This document shows positions 20,160 through 29,207 of a stretch of DNA of 64,000 bases, in pieces. Source of the DNA: an uncultured Verrucomicrobiae bacterium (GTDB lineage Bacteria; Verrucomicrobiota; Verrucomicrobiia; Chthoniobacterales; JAFAMB01); the NCBI GenBank assembly GCA_963837955.1, contig CAWIPH010000002.1, forward strand, positions 768,001 to 832,000, given 5' to 3'. Within the stretch, counting starts at the first letter, position 1, and every line of letters starts with the position of its first letter. The notes under the pieces are model-generated. The model made no database searches, had not been told where the DNA came from, and saw only the letters and a list, made by a program, of their open reading frames with translations. A program made the translations under genes and the position numbers.

Positions 20160-20220
20160 TTTTTCTATCCTCTTGTTTGAAACTGACATAAGGCGCTTAA
20201 ATCCAGATCCCGAAGATGAA

Positions 20221-20352
20221 ACGATCCGCGGATTACACAGATTTGAGTCCCTTCTTAAGGCAACCTTCGTGGGTAACTGATAACGATAGAGTTGGCCTAG
20301 AGGGTGAGGGTTGCTCAAGGAATTCACGAAATCTGTGTAATTTGTGGATCGT
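20221..20352. repeat. Intergenic MITE-like palindrome with 24-bp imperfect arms
   Basis: acgatccgcggattacacagattt (20221-20244) pairs with aaatctgtgtaatttgtggatcgt (20329-20352); 3 G-T pairs. Confidence 0.75.
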
Positions 20353-20374
20353 ATGCATTTCAGGAATCTGCGGT

Positions 20375-21208
20375 TCAGCCTTTCACCGAGCCAGTCGCCA
20401 TGCCTTGGATGAAGCGGCGTTGCATTAGCAGGAATAAACCAACGGCCGGAGCGACGATGAGGATCGCGGCGGCCATGATCTCGCCCCAATCGCTGCTGTA
20501 TTGGCCGCCGAGCGTATAGAAGCGCACCACGGCGGTTTGTTGATCGTGGCTCTGCAGGAACGTCGACGAGATCAGGAATTCGTTCCAGATGTTGAGGCCT
20601 GAAATCAAAGCCACCGTCAGAATACCGGGAGAGACCAGCGGCAGAAGCACATTGTAAAAGACCTGCCAACGGTTAGCGCCGTCGATGACGGCCGCTTCCT
20701 CGAGTTCCTTGGGGATCGCCAGAAAGTAAGTGCGCAGCAGAAAGATGGCGAACGGGCTGAAGACCGCGGTATAGACGAAGGATAAGGCGAACACATTGTC
20801 GATTAGTCCGAGATGCGCAAAGCCGAAATAGAGCGGGAAAAGATAGAGCTGGATCGGCAGTGTCGTCGTGCCGAGCAGATAGGCGCTGATCCAGCGCACT
20901 CCGGGCACGGTCCGACGCGCCAGCGCATAAGCCGCCATTGAGCAAGTCGAGCAAATCAGTATGACAGCCAAACCGGTCGTCTCTGCGCTATTCAGCAACG
21001 ACCGCCCCAATTGGGCGTCCGTCCAGGCGCGCGAGAAATTGCTCCATTGCAGAACGCTTGGTAGGGCGAGTGGATTGGCAACGATCTCCGTGCTTTTCTT
21101 TAGCGAGCTGATGATCATTAAGGAGAGCGGAAACAATGCGATGACGGCCGCGACCGCCAGAATGAAGTAAGAAATGAAGATCGTGCCGCGCCCGAGAGTC
21201 TGGTTCAT
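20375..21208 (-). CDS. Carbohydrate ABC transporter permease (MalG-like)
   Basis: IPKELEEAAVIDGA EAA motif, WNEFL, QRRFIQGMATGSVKG. Confidence 0.9.
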   Translation of the reverse strand: MNQTLGRGTIFISYFILAVAAVIALFPLSLMIISSLKKSTEIVANPLALPSVLQWSNFSRAWTDAQLGRSLLNSAETTGLAVILICSTCSMAAYALARRTVPGVRWISAYLLGTTTLPIQLYLFPLYFGFAHLGLIDNVFALSFVYTAVFSPFAIFLLRTYFLAIPKELEEAAVIDGANRWQVFYNVLLPLVSPGILTVALISGLNIWNEFLISSTFLQSHDQQTAVVRFYTLGGQYSSDWGEIMAAAILIVAPAVGLFLLMQRRFIQGMATGSVKG

Positions 21209-22107
21209 TAGATCCCTTCTCTCTGTTGAATTCGCACGTAGAAAAATGTCGCGATCAGGCCGAAGAAGCTAATCACCAGGGCAACGGCGGCGGCCGGCCC
21301 CATGGTGTAATTGTAGAACGCGTATCGATACGATAACGTCGAGAGCACTTCACTGGCATAGGCGGGGCCGCCTTGGGTCAGGACATAGACGAAATCGAAC
21401 GCGAGGAACGACCAGATGATCGTCATGATCATCATCAGCGTGATCGTCGGCCGGATCGCTGGAATTAGCACATAGCGCATCAATTGGAAAAAGCTGGCGC
21501 CGTCGATCACCGCCGCCTCGATCTGGGCGCGGTCGACCTGCCGAAAGGCAGCGAAGAAAATCACCGCGAGAAAACCCCACCAATGCCAGAGATCGACCGA
21601 TGCCACAGCATAGAGAGAGGTCGGCGGCTGAGTGAGCGGATCGGCGAGAGTAATTCCATAAAATTTGACCCAGCCGACGAGGCCTGATTCCGGATTGTAG
21701 ATCATGCCCTGCCAGACGCGCGCGACGACGACCGTGGCGATAATGACCGGCAGGAAATAGACGACCTGGAAAAACGTGCGTCCACGCCGCGCCACCAACA
21801 GCAGCGAGGCGGCGCCGAGGCCCATCGCGATCGGGATAGTGAGGAAGATCACCGTCCATTTGATGTTGTTGAAAAGCGCTGAAAAGAAAACGGGATCGGC
21901 GAAAATCGTGCGGAAATTGTCCAGACCGACAAAAGCCGGCGCGGAGGCTCCGTCCCATTCGAAGAAGGCCATCGCGATGGTAAGAAGCCCCGGGATTAAA
22001 ATGATCGCCACATTGATGGCGAGCGCGGGCAACAGAAATGGTAGCGGCGAATCAGCGAGACGAGTGACCCAACCGGGTAGGGCGCCAAAACGTCGAGGTA
22101 CAGCCAC
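21208..22107 (-). CDS. Carbohydrate ABC transporter permease (MalF-like)
   Basis: FVGLDNF, IEAAVIDGA, FDFVYVLTQGGP. Confidence 0.9.
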   Translation of the reverse strand: MAVPRRFGALPGWVTRLADSPLPFLLPALAINVAIILIPGLLTIAMAFFEWDGASAPAFVGLDNFRTIFADPVFFSALFNNIKWTVIFLTIPIAMGLGAASLLLVARRGRTFFQVVYFLPVIIATVVVARVWQGMIYNPESGLVGWVKFYGITLADPLTQPPTSLYAVASVDLWHWWGFLAVIFFAAFRQVDRAQIEAAVIDGASFFQLMRYVLIPAIRPTITLMMIMTIIWSFLAFDFVYVLTQGGPAYASEVLSTLSYRYAFYNYTMGPAAAVALVISFFGLIATFFYVRIQQREGI

Positions 22108-22118
22108 GGTGATCTGTT

Positions 22119-23459
22119 TCAGCGCGCCGCGGGAGGCGGCACCTTGCCCTCAGCCAATTCCTTCGCGAAGATTTCTTGCATCTTCGCCAGATAATCGGCG
22201 GTCGAAACCTGCCCCAGCCAAACCTGTTCGATGCCGTGGATGAGATAGTCCTCGGTCGCCGGCGGCCAGAAAGTCCAGGTCGTGTAACCGTAGTTTCCTT
22301 GCGCAACCGCTTTGGAAAACGCCGTGAAGGTCGCCGCGAAGATAGGCGATACGTTCTTGCTGAGTTTGGCTTCATCAGTTGAGGTCAGAGGCAGGTTCCA
22401 GTCGCCCGGCCAGTCCTTGCTGATGCGGTCATAAAACGCGTCGGAATAGAGATAGTCGAGAAAGGCGGCCGCCGCGTCGGGATTTGCCGAATCCTTATTG
22501 ATCGACATCGTACTGCCGGTGCCGATCGCGTAAATTGGATAGGGCAAACCGTCCCGCAGGGTGGGGAATGGGGCGACGCCCAGTTCTTGGCCAGTCTCTT
22601 TGAATGCGGCTACCATATTATCGAATGAGAACGTGCCGTTCGGGGCCATGCCTGCTTCCCCCTTGGCAAGGAGATGCGCTTGCTGATCGCCAGTGAGGGA
22701 GAAATAATTTTTGCCGAACCATCCCTTCTGGTACCAGTTCTTGAGTACATCGATCGCTTGCGCGAAGACCGGATCCGTCCATGGAATCTCGCCTTTTAGC
22801 GCCTTATAGATATTCTCCGGTCCGGCGCAATGATTGAGTACGACCGTGACATGCCATTCATTTGCGGCGCGCCAATCTCCGTTTCCCACTGAGAACGGAG
22901 TGATGTTCTTGGCCATCAGCGCTTCCCCGATGGTGTTTAGTTCTGCCATCGTTTTGGGCGGAGCCCAGCCATTCTTGTCGAACAAAGTCTTGTTGTAATA
23001 AAGCACCATCGTTTCGAACGTGCGCGGCAATGCGTAGTTGTGGCCATTGTATTCACCGGTCCTGAGCACAGGAGTCAGGATGCGTTTGTCCAGATTGTAT
23101 TTCTTGATGTAGTCGTCCAGCGGCAGCAGATGGCCGGATTGCACCAGCGCCAAGGTTGTGCTGGGCCCGGGGGTCATCACAATATCGGGACCCTTGCCCG
23201 AGATCACGGCCATGCGAATCTTTTTGTCGCCGGTTCCGCCGGCCAGAACGTCGAGTGTGAGCGGTGTTGTCGGATGCGCCGCATTAAACGGCGCAACCAA
23301 GTCTTTCTGCATGATTCGTTGCTGGTCCGGGTTTCCGCCGCGCTGATACCACAGCGTGATCGGCCCATCGGCCCGGGCGATCGTCGATAGGGTGGTAGCG
23401 GCAGTCAGTGCGGCGACGAGCGCCGTAAAACGTCCTCCTCTTTCGTTCATCGTTTTCAT
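22119..23459 (-). CDS. Carbohydrate ABC transporter substrate-binding protein (CUT1)
   Basis: Signal peptide; GPDIV, YALP, LYYNKTLFDKNGW.PPKT motifs. Confidence 0.85.
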   Translation of the reverse strand: MKTMNERGGRFTALVAALTAATTLSTIARADGPITLWYQRGGNPDQQRIMQKDLVAPFNAAHPTTPLTLDVLAGGTGDKKIRMAVISGKGPDIVMTPGPSTTLALVQSGHLLPLDDYIKKYNLDKRILTPVLRTGEYNGHNYALPRTFETMVLYYNKTLFDKNGWAPPKTMAELNTIGEALMAKNITPFSVGNGDWRAANEWHVTVVLNHCAGPENIYKALKGEIPWTDPVFAQAIDVLKNWYQKGWFGKNYFSLTGDQQAHLLAKGEAGMAPNGTFSFDNMVAAFKETGQELGVAPFPTLRDGLPYPIYAIGTGSTMSINKDSANPDAAAAFLDYLYSDAFYDRISKDWPGDWNLPLTSTDEAKLSKNVSPIFAATFTAFSKAVAQGNYGYTTWTFWPPATEDYLIHGIEQVWLGQVSTADYLAKMQEIFAKELAEGKVPPPAAR

Positions 23460-23483
23460 TTCGTTTATCGGTTTTTTCTTGAT

Positions 23484-23568
23484 AGGGACGAGCTCCTGCT
23501 CGTCCGGGCTTATCCCCAATTCGTTTTCCCCGTCGCGATCCCATCAGACGAGCAGGAGCTCGTCGCTA
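23484..23568. repeat. REP-like doublet (GTAG-type) in inverted orientation
   Basis: gacgagctcctgctcgtc (23487-23504) and its exact reverse complement (23547-23564). Each is itself a hairpin and is flanked by (a/g)tag. Confidence 0.75.
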
Positions 23569-23570
23569 CG

Positions 23571-24593
23571 CTAGGCAGATTGACGTTTTACGACTTCGAA
23601 CGGCATCTGGCGCAGTCGCCCGGAGGCGTCATGCGGCAATTCATTGAGCCTTTCGAGCACCATGTCCGCGGCGACTCGCCCCAATTCGTATTGAAACTGG
23701 TTGATGGTAGAAAGCGGTGGGGTGACGAAGCGGGCGGCGAAAATATCGTCAAAACCCATCAATGCGATGTCCTCTGGAATGGTCAGCTCAGCTTCCCGGA
23801 CGGCGGTCATCGCGCCGAGCGCCATCAGATCATTACCGGCAAATATGGCTGTCGGGTGCGCGCCGGCGGCAAGGATATCTTTGGTTGCGCGGTAGCCACT
23901 CTCTTCATTGAAATCGCCGTGGCTCACCAGTTGCGGTTTGAGGCCAACTTCGTCGAGTGCTTGTAGATAGCCGCTGATCCGAACCCGCTCCGGTCCGCCG
24001 GTGCCGGCGATCATCGCAACGCGACGGTGGCCGCGCTCGATGAGGTATTGGGTAGCGGCTTTTGCGCCGTTCACGTTATCGACAAAGAGATTATCGAGGG
24101 GCCAGGGTCCGACTTTCTTCGGATTGGCTTCGATCCGAACCACGGCGATCTTCCGTTCGAGGAGTGGACGCAAATCGCGTGCTGTGACGTGAAAGAATAC
24201 GCCGATCACACCGTCCACTCTTCCTTCAAGAAGGCGCTCCAGGCACTTCCGTTCTTTAGCTGGAAGTCCATCGGTGTTGTAGATCAGCACGTCGTAACCG
24301 CGCACTTCCGCACTCTTCTGCGCGCCGCGCTCCAGGGCGGGGTAAAAAGGGTTGGTAATGTCCGGGACGATACAGGCGATAGTTTTGGTCTGCCGGGTGC
24401 GCAGACTTTGGGCCACTCGATTTGGGACATAGCCTAGCCTCTTGGCAGCCCGGAATACTTTGCGCTGTGTAACGCGTGGCACCGATGCGTCACTGATCCC
24501 ATTGAGAACCAAGGAGACAGTCGCTTGAGAAACCTGGGCGAGTTTAGCGATATCTTTCTGGGTGGGACGAGCGCTAATGAGGGGGGACGACAT
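23571..24593 (-). CDS. LacI family transcriptional regulator
   Basis: PTQKDIAKLAQVSQATVSLVLN HTH, YVPNRVAQSL, MGFDDI, PPLSTI. Confidence 0.9.
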   Translation of the reverse strand: MSSPLISARPTQKDIAKLAQVSQATVSLVLNGISDASVPRVTQRKVFRAAKRLGYVPNRVAQSLRTRQTKTIACIVPDITNPFYPALERGAQKSAEVRGYDVLIYNTDGLPAKERKCLERLLEGRVDGVIGVFFHVTARDLRPLLERKIAVVRIEANPKKVGPWPLDNLFVDNVNGAKAATQYLIERGHRRVAMIAGTGGPERVRISGYLQALDEVGLKPQLVSHGDFNEESGYRATKDILAAGAHPTAIFAGNDLMALGAMTAVREAELTIPEDIALMGFDDIFAARFVTPPLSTINQFQYELGRVAADMVLERLNELPHDASGRLRQMPFEVVKRQSA

Positions 24594-24634
24594 CACTAAT
24601 ACGAATTACTGATACGTATTAGTGCGTATGTCAA
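24594..24634 (-). promoter_or_regulatory. Putative LacI operator and -35 directly abutting the regulator start (possibly leaderless)
   Basis: Inverted repeat cactaatacg-N11-cgtattagtg (24594-24624) containing two CG-centred sites; TTGACA on the minus strand at 24629-24634. Confidence 0.65.
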
Positions 24635-24802
24635 GCGAACGAATGCCGATCGAGTCTCAAGTTCCGATCGGTGTGCCGCGTCCTTCATCCCAAACGAGCT
24701 AGGAATTGATTGCTGGTGATTACTTGGTGGGTCGGGTCGGCCAGCTCGAACCGCACCTTGTGTGGACCAAGTGTGAGGCCCACTGATATCTGCCCGGAGT
24801 CG

Positions 24803-24836
24803 AAACAGGAGAGCCTCTATCATCAAGGCTCTCCTG
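24803..24836 (-). terminator. Probable intrinsic terminator downstream of the epoxide hydrolase gene
   Basis: 11-bp stem caggagagcct/aggctctcctg followed by TTT on the minus strand. Confidence 0.6.
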
Positions 24837-24876
24837 CTGCTTGACTAACAGTTAGCCAGCATTAGCCAAGATCACA

Positions 24877-26103
24877 TCATGACATCGAGCGCAGTGGTCT
24901 GAAGCCCGCGCGCACCTCTTCTGAAAGGAGTTTCGGCTGCTCCCACGCGGCGAAGTGAGCGCCTCTGTCGAGCTTGTGGTAATGGATGAGTTTGGGATAC
25001 GCCCGCTCTGCCCAACTCCGCGGGGCCGTATAGATCTCTTCGGGACAGGCAGTGACAGCTACGGGGATACCCACGTGCTTGGGGGCAAAAAAGGCAAGCT
25101 TGTTTTCCCAGTAGAGACGGGCCGAGGAAACCCCCGTGTTCGTCAACCAGTAGAGCGTGATGTTGTCGAGGATATCGTCTCGTGTGATCGCGCCGAAGGT
25201 CTCTCCGGCAAAAAGCTTTGCGATGTGATCGTAACTTTGCGCATCGTGATCGATCATCCACGCTGCCAGGCCGACAGGTGAATCAACAATCCCGTAAAGC
25301 GTCTGCGGGCGGTTTGCCATCTCCACGGCGTAGCCCAGGCCGTGCTTATAGAAGAAGGCGAGCTGATCGAATGCGTGTCTCTCCTCGGCGGAGAGACCTG
25401 ATGGCGCCGGCGCGCCGGTAAAAGCCGCCCCGTTAACGTCGTCTGGAACCACGCCAGCCATGTTGGTGTGAATGCCGAGCAACTCCGGAGCCGCTTGGAC
25501 ACCCATCAGGTCCACGATCACCGAGCCCCAATCGCCGCCTTGCGCCACAAATTTCGTGTATCCAATGCGCTTCATGAGCGTGACCCAGGCAGTTGCAATG
25601 CGCTCGGGGCCCCATCCAGTAGCCGTCGGCTTGCCTGAAAACCCGTACCCGGGCATCGATGGAATCACCAAGTGGAATGCATCCGATGCGCTCGCACCGT
25701 GTGCCGTGGGATTGGTCAGTGGATCGATAATCTTCAGCTGTTCGATCACCGAGCCGGGCCATCCGTGCGTCACGATGAGCGGCAAGGCATTTTCATGTTT
25801 CGAACGGACGTGAATGAAATGAATGTCCAACCCATCGATCTCGGTAATGAAATTCGGTAAGGAGTTCAGTTTCGCCTCCACCTTCCGCCAGTCGTAATCC
25901 GTCCCCCAATAGCGCGCGAGTGCCTGAGTCGCCGCGAGCTGCACGCCTTGCGTTGCATCCGCTACCAGTTCCCGTTCAGGCCACTTTGTCGCATTGATGC
26001 GCCTGCGCAATTCGGTAAGTTCAGCTTCAGGAAAATTCACGTGAAACGGACGAATAGCATCTGCCTGCTCGCTGCCTCGTTGTGTAGCACTTGTTTGGGT
26101 CAT
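24877..26103 (-). CDS. Epoxide hydrolase (EHN + alpha/beta hydrolase)
   Basis: IRPFHVNFPE, THGWPGS, PGYGFS, AQGGDWG, GAHFAAWEQP. Confidence 0.92.
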   Translation of the reverse strand: MTQTSATQRGSEQADAIRPFHVNFPEAELTELRRRINATKWPERELVADATQGVQLAATQALARYWGTDYDWRKVEAKLNSLPNFITEIDGLDIHFIHVRSKHENALPLIVTHGWPGSVIEQLKIIDPLTNPTAHGASASDAFHLVIPSMPGYGFSGKPTATGWGPERIATAWVTLMKRIGYTKFVAQGGDWGSVIVDLMGVQAAPELLGIHTNMAGVVPDDVNGAAFTGAPAPSGLSAEERHAFDQLAFFYKHGLGYAVEMANRPQTLYGIVDSPVGLAAWMIDHDAQSYDHIAKLFAGETFGAITRDDILDNITLYWLTNTGVSSARLYWENKLAFFAPKHVGIPVAVTACPEEIYTAPRSWAERAYPKLIHYHKLDRGAHFAAWEQPKLLSEEVRAGFRPLRSMS

Positions 26104-26422
26104 GGGGTCCTCCTTTTGAGTAGTTTTACATTTTGGTTTGTACTGCTCCTGTGTGGGCTGGTGCGGTTGTCAACTGCGGCCAAAAGGTCTTTTGGCAGCG
26201 CACATAATAACACCATTGGACCGCCTTGCTCAAATCAGAGTCTTTGCGTGATCTATGAATACTGAGACCGCTTCTCGGTCTGTTTCATCACCGCGAATGT
26301 GTTCACCACTGAGTGTACCGGGACATGCGTTACGTTGTGGACCTGAGACATCCGTTACAAGCCCCTTGCGGTGGCGATGGTTCGAATTGAGGGGGCAAGA
26401 GAAGACATATATCCAGTCGTCG

Positions 26423-26532
26423 AGGCCGTGGGAATGTGGGAATCCCGAAGGGATTTCCAAAGAGTGTGGGAAGGGTGGGAAGCCGGCTTCATGGCTTTCC
26501 ATGCTTTCCATACTCTGTCATTTCCATGGCCT
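26423..26532 (+). other. Y-shaped (three-helix) structured element inside the IS end
   Basis: Stems 26423-36/26519-32, 26437-46/26450-59 and 26461-84/26493-516. Of 48 paired positions, 7 are G-T and 1 is a mismatch on the + strand. GTGGGAA occurs four times. Confidence 0.8.
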
Positions 26533-26970
26533 GCTTTTCGCTCGGCATATGCTGGATAAACCGATATGCCGCCACACAGTGTAATGTGCCGCACTCTCCG
26601 AGATGCTCATCGGTACTCATCTCTTGTCATTGAGTGCATTGGCGATTTATCACTCGTCGTGAAAGTCGTAGCGAGCCAACTGGCGAAGATCACTTGCCCA
26701 ACAAGCCGGTGATACATCCAGAACACGGTCCAGAGGCAATCCACATTCCTCCGGCCCCGGATGCCAGCGCCTCAACCCTGCCGGCCGCGCTCCTGTGCAG
26801 GTTGCGGTGCGCACTGTAATCGTCAGGTTAATGAGTAATTGCTTGAGGAAGCCTTTTTTTAAACCGTGCACCCCGGCTGCGATACGCGGCTCATGGGGGG
26901 AATATAAATTAGCGCAGGTGCCAGGGTTTAGAGATCAGGGAGCAGCAATCAGGGATCGCAAAATTCATAC

Positions 26971-27010
26971 TTGACACCGATAGAAAATCCACAACCATAT
27001 GGTTGTGGAT
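26971..27010 (+). promoter_or_regulatory. ArsR autoregulatory operator overlapping the start codon, with upstream TTGACA
   Basis: Perfect 24-bp palindrome atccacaaccatatggttgtggat (26987-27010) spans the ATG at 26999; TTGACA at 26971-26976. Confidence 0.8.
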
Positions 27011-27352
27011 AGATTGGGTACAACATTTGCGGCTTTGTCTGATCCCACCCGTAGGGCGATGATCGAACGACTCTCACAAGGGCCTGCCTCTGTGCATGGA
27101 TTGACGGAACCGTTTGCACTCTCGCAGCAGATGATTTCAAAACATATTGCCTACCTGGTGCGGGCGCGGATTGTGATCAAGACGAAGCGTGGACGAGAGA
27201 GTGTGTGCACGCTTAGGCCCGAGGCCATAAAGACAGTCAGCGACTGGGCGATTAGCTATCGCCGATTCTGGGAAGAGAGTTTCGACAAGCTGGATGCGGT
27301 TGTGAATGAAATGAAGAAAGCGGAGATCAAACATGACAAAAAACACGGTTAA
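26999..27352 (+). CDS. ArsR/SmtB family transcriptional regulator
   Basis: FAALSDPTRRAMIERL, ISKHIAYL, RRFWEESFDKL. Confidence 0.9.
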   Translation: MVVDRLGTTFAALSDPTRRAMIERLSQGPASVHGLTEPFALSQQMISKHIAYLVRARIVIKTKRGRESVCTLRPEAIKTVSDWAISYRRFWEESFDKLDAVVNEMKKAEIKHDKKHG

Positions 27353-27842
27353 CGAGACAGAGCGGATGGTTGTAACAAGAGTTTTTGATGCCCCACGCGA
27401 ATTGGTTTGGAAGGCGTGGACAGACCCGAAATATGTGATGCAGTGGTGGGGGCCGAAGGGTTTTACTGCGCCTGTTTGCAAGATGGATTTTCGTGTAGGA
27501 GGGAAATTTCTCTGCTGCATGAGAGCGCCGGATGGGCAGGAGTTCTGGAATGGTGGTGAATACCACGAGATTGTTCTGCACGAGAAGATTGTTTCCTCCA
27601 TGTACTTTTCCGATCCGCAGGGAAACAAGGTTGAGCCTGCGCACTATGGAATAGAACATGAGGCCATTGACGGTGCGCACGACGTGATTATTTTTGAGGA
27701 TCTTGGAAACGGCCAGACGAAACTCACCTTAATTGGAAATGAAACCATGGAGAACGCAAAAAATAGCGGTCAGGTAGAGGGCTGGAACCAGATACTCGAT
27801 AAATTTGCTGCAGTTGTTGCCGGGCTAGCGCAGGCGAAATAA
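27333..27842 (+). CDS. SRPBCC/AHSA1 (START-like) domain protein
   Basis: TRVFDAPRELVWKAWTDP..QWWGPKGF, DFRVGG, EGWNQILDK. Confidence 0.9.
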   Translation: MTKNTVNETERMVVTRVFDAPRELVWKAWTDPKYVMQWWGPKGFTAPVCKMDFRVGGKFLCCMRAPDGQEFWNGGEYHEIVLHEKIVSSMYFSDPQGNKVEPAHYGIEHEAIDGAHDVIIFEDLGNGQTKLTLIGNETMENAKNSGQVEGWNQILDKFAAVVAGLAQAK

Positions 27843-28043
27843 GAAGTTGAAGTTTTGATGATCGTCATGCGCGAGATACTGAACGTAAAGCAAACGCAGG
27901 TCCATCCCCGCCACCCCAACCAAGGGTGGCGGCGGAGGCTTAGTTCAAAAGCGCTTCTCGCCACTTGGCCGAATAGTCGCCTTTCCGGACAAGTGACCCT
28001 AGGCTCGACTGTTGCCTTCAGGCCGAGTCACTCATCGGCAAAC

Positions 28044-29207
28044 TCAGACCACTCGCCGTGCAGCTCTAAAACGAAGCTCTTCCGCATTGAGTTCTCCGAT
28101 CTCCATGTCTCGAAAGAAGACTCTATAAAACCCTGGTGTGATCAACTCGAATGCCAACTCTTCGAAGCGGAATACCTCGCTGATGAAGACTCTATTTTTG
28201 TGCCAGCTGATGTCGCCGCTATTGTTTACCCGTCGCAGAAGGAGACCCTTCAGGTACGTGAACTCCGGCAACTTGCGCGGTAGTCGGACGGAGCTTGGGT
28301 GGTAGAGACTTGCTGGGACATGATTGTTCAGGCCCTCATGCGGGCGCTCGTTATTGAACACGTAGCGAAAGTTATCGAAGCGGCTCTGCTGTGCGCGAAG
28401 GGATGCCGCAGGCGGTTTCGTCGTGTCCTCCTTCAGCGTGCGATGCATCCGCTCATGGCGACCGTTTTGTTGCGGTCGGCCTGCTTGAATGCGCTCATGT
28501 ACGATTCCGAGCTTCATCCAGCCGAGCGAGAGCTTGGACAACCCCAGTAGCCCCGTGCCCGCAAACGGTGCGCCGTTGTCGGTCCTGATCCTTGCTGGCA
28601 CTCCATACTCTCGCATAGCTGCTTCGCAGATTGCTCGGACTTGGCTGAGGTCCATACGCGAGACGATCTGGCAACGGATCAAATAACGGCTATGCGCGTC
28701 GGTGATGGTGAACGGATCGCAGCGCTTGCCGTCGCCGGTGGCGAAGTAGCCTTTGAAATCCATGCACCATAGCTGATTCGGACCCGTGACCTGAGAGAAC
28801 GGCTCAGAGCACGGCGTGGTGCGTTTTCTCTTCTTCTGGGGACTGGTCAAGCCTGCACGGCTCAAGATGTTGCCGAAGGTACTAGCTGCAGGCCACACCA
28901 CGTCTGGCTGTAGCATCTCCAGCCTTGCCTTGAGCTTCCGCGCGCCCCAGGACGGATGCTTGGCCCGAAGCGCAAAGATCGCGTTCTCGACCGGCTCTAG
29001 CGTCGCGTGGGAACAACCATGCGGGCGGCGGCTGCGATCTACGAGTCCTTCCGGCCCCGTCTCGTTGTAGCGGTTGATCCAGCGGTAGCCGGTTGGGCGG
29101 GAGATTCCATACTCACGGCACAGGTCCGCTACGGACATCTCCTCTTTCTGATAACTCGACAAAAACTGAAGACGTTGATCCATGATCCGACTCTCTTTCC
29201 AGGGCAT
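28044..29207 (-). CDS. IS481 family transposase (HTH + rve integrase core)
   Basis: MPWKE start, CREYGISRPTGYRW HTH, DDE residues in WCMDFKG, RTDNG and QNGRHER, and NNERPHEGL. Confidence 0.93.
   Translation of the reverse strand: MPWKESRIMDQRLQFLSSYQKEEMSVADLCREYGISRPTGYRWINRYNETGPEGLVDRSRRPHGCSHATLEPVENAIFALRAKHPSWGARKLKARLEMLQPDVVWPAASTFGNILSRAGLTSPQKKRKRTTPCSEPFSQVTGPNQLWCMDFKGYFATGDGKRCDPFTITDAHSRYLIRCQIVSRMDLSQVRAICEAAMREYGVPARIRTDNGAPFAGTGLLGLSKLSLGWMKLGIVHERIQAGRPQQNGRHERMHRTLKEDTTKPPAASLRAQQSRFDNFRYVFNNERPHEGLNNHVPASLYHPSSVRLPRKLPEFTYLKGLLLRRVNNSGDISWHKNRVFISEVFRFEELAFELITPGFYRVFFRDMEIGELNAEELRFRAARRVV

Noticed and set aside
20160..20669. 170-aa N-terminal extension of the 885-aa ORF
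   Set aside because: It overlaps the permease gene and a palindromic repeat; the RBS and family-like start are at 20159.
26230..26871. Cluster of small ORFs (e.g. MESMESHEAGFPPFPHSLEIPSGFPHSHG)
   Set aside because: They are translations of the structured repeat and IS end and show no protein-family features.
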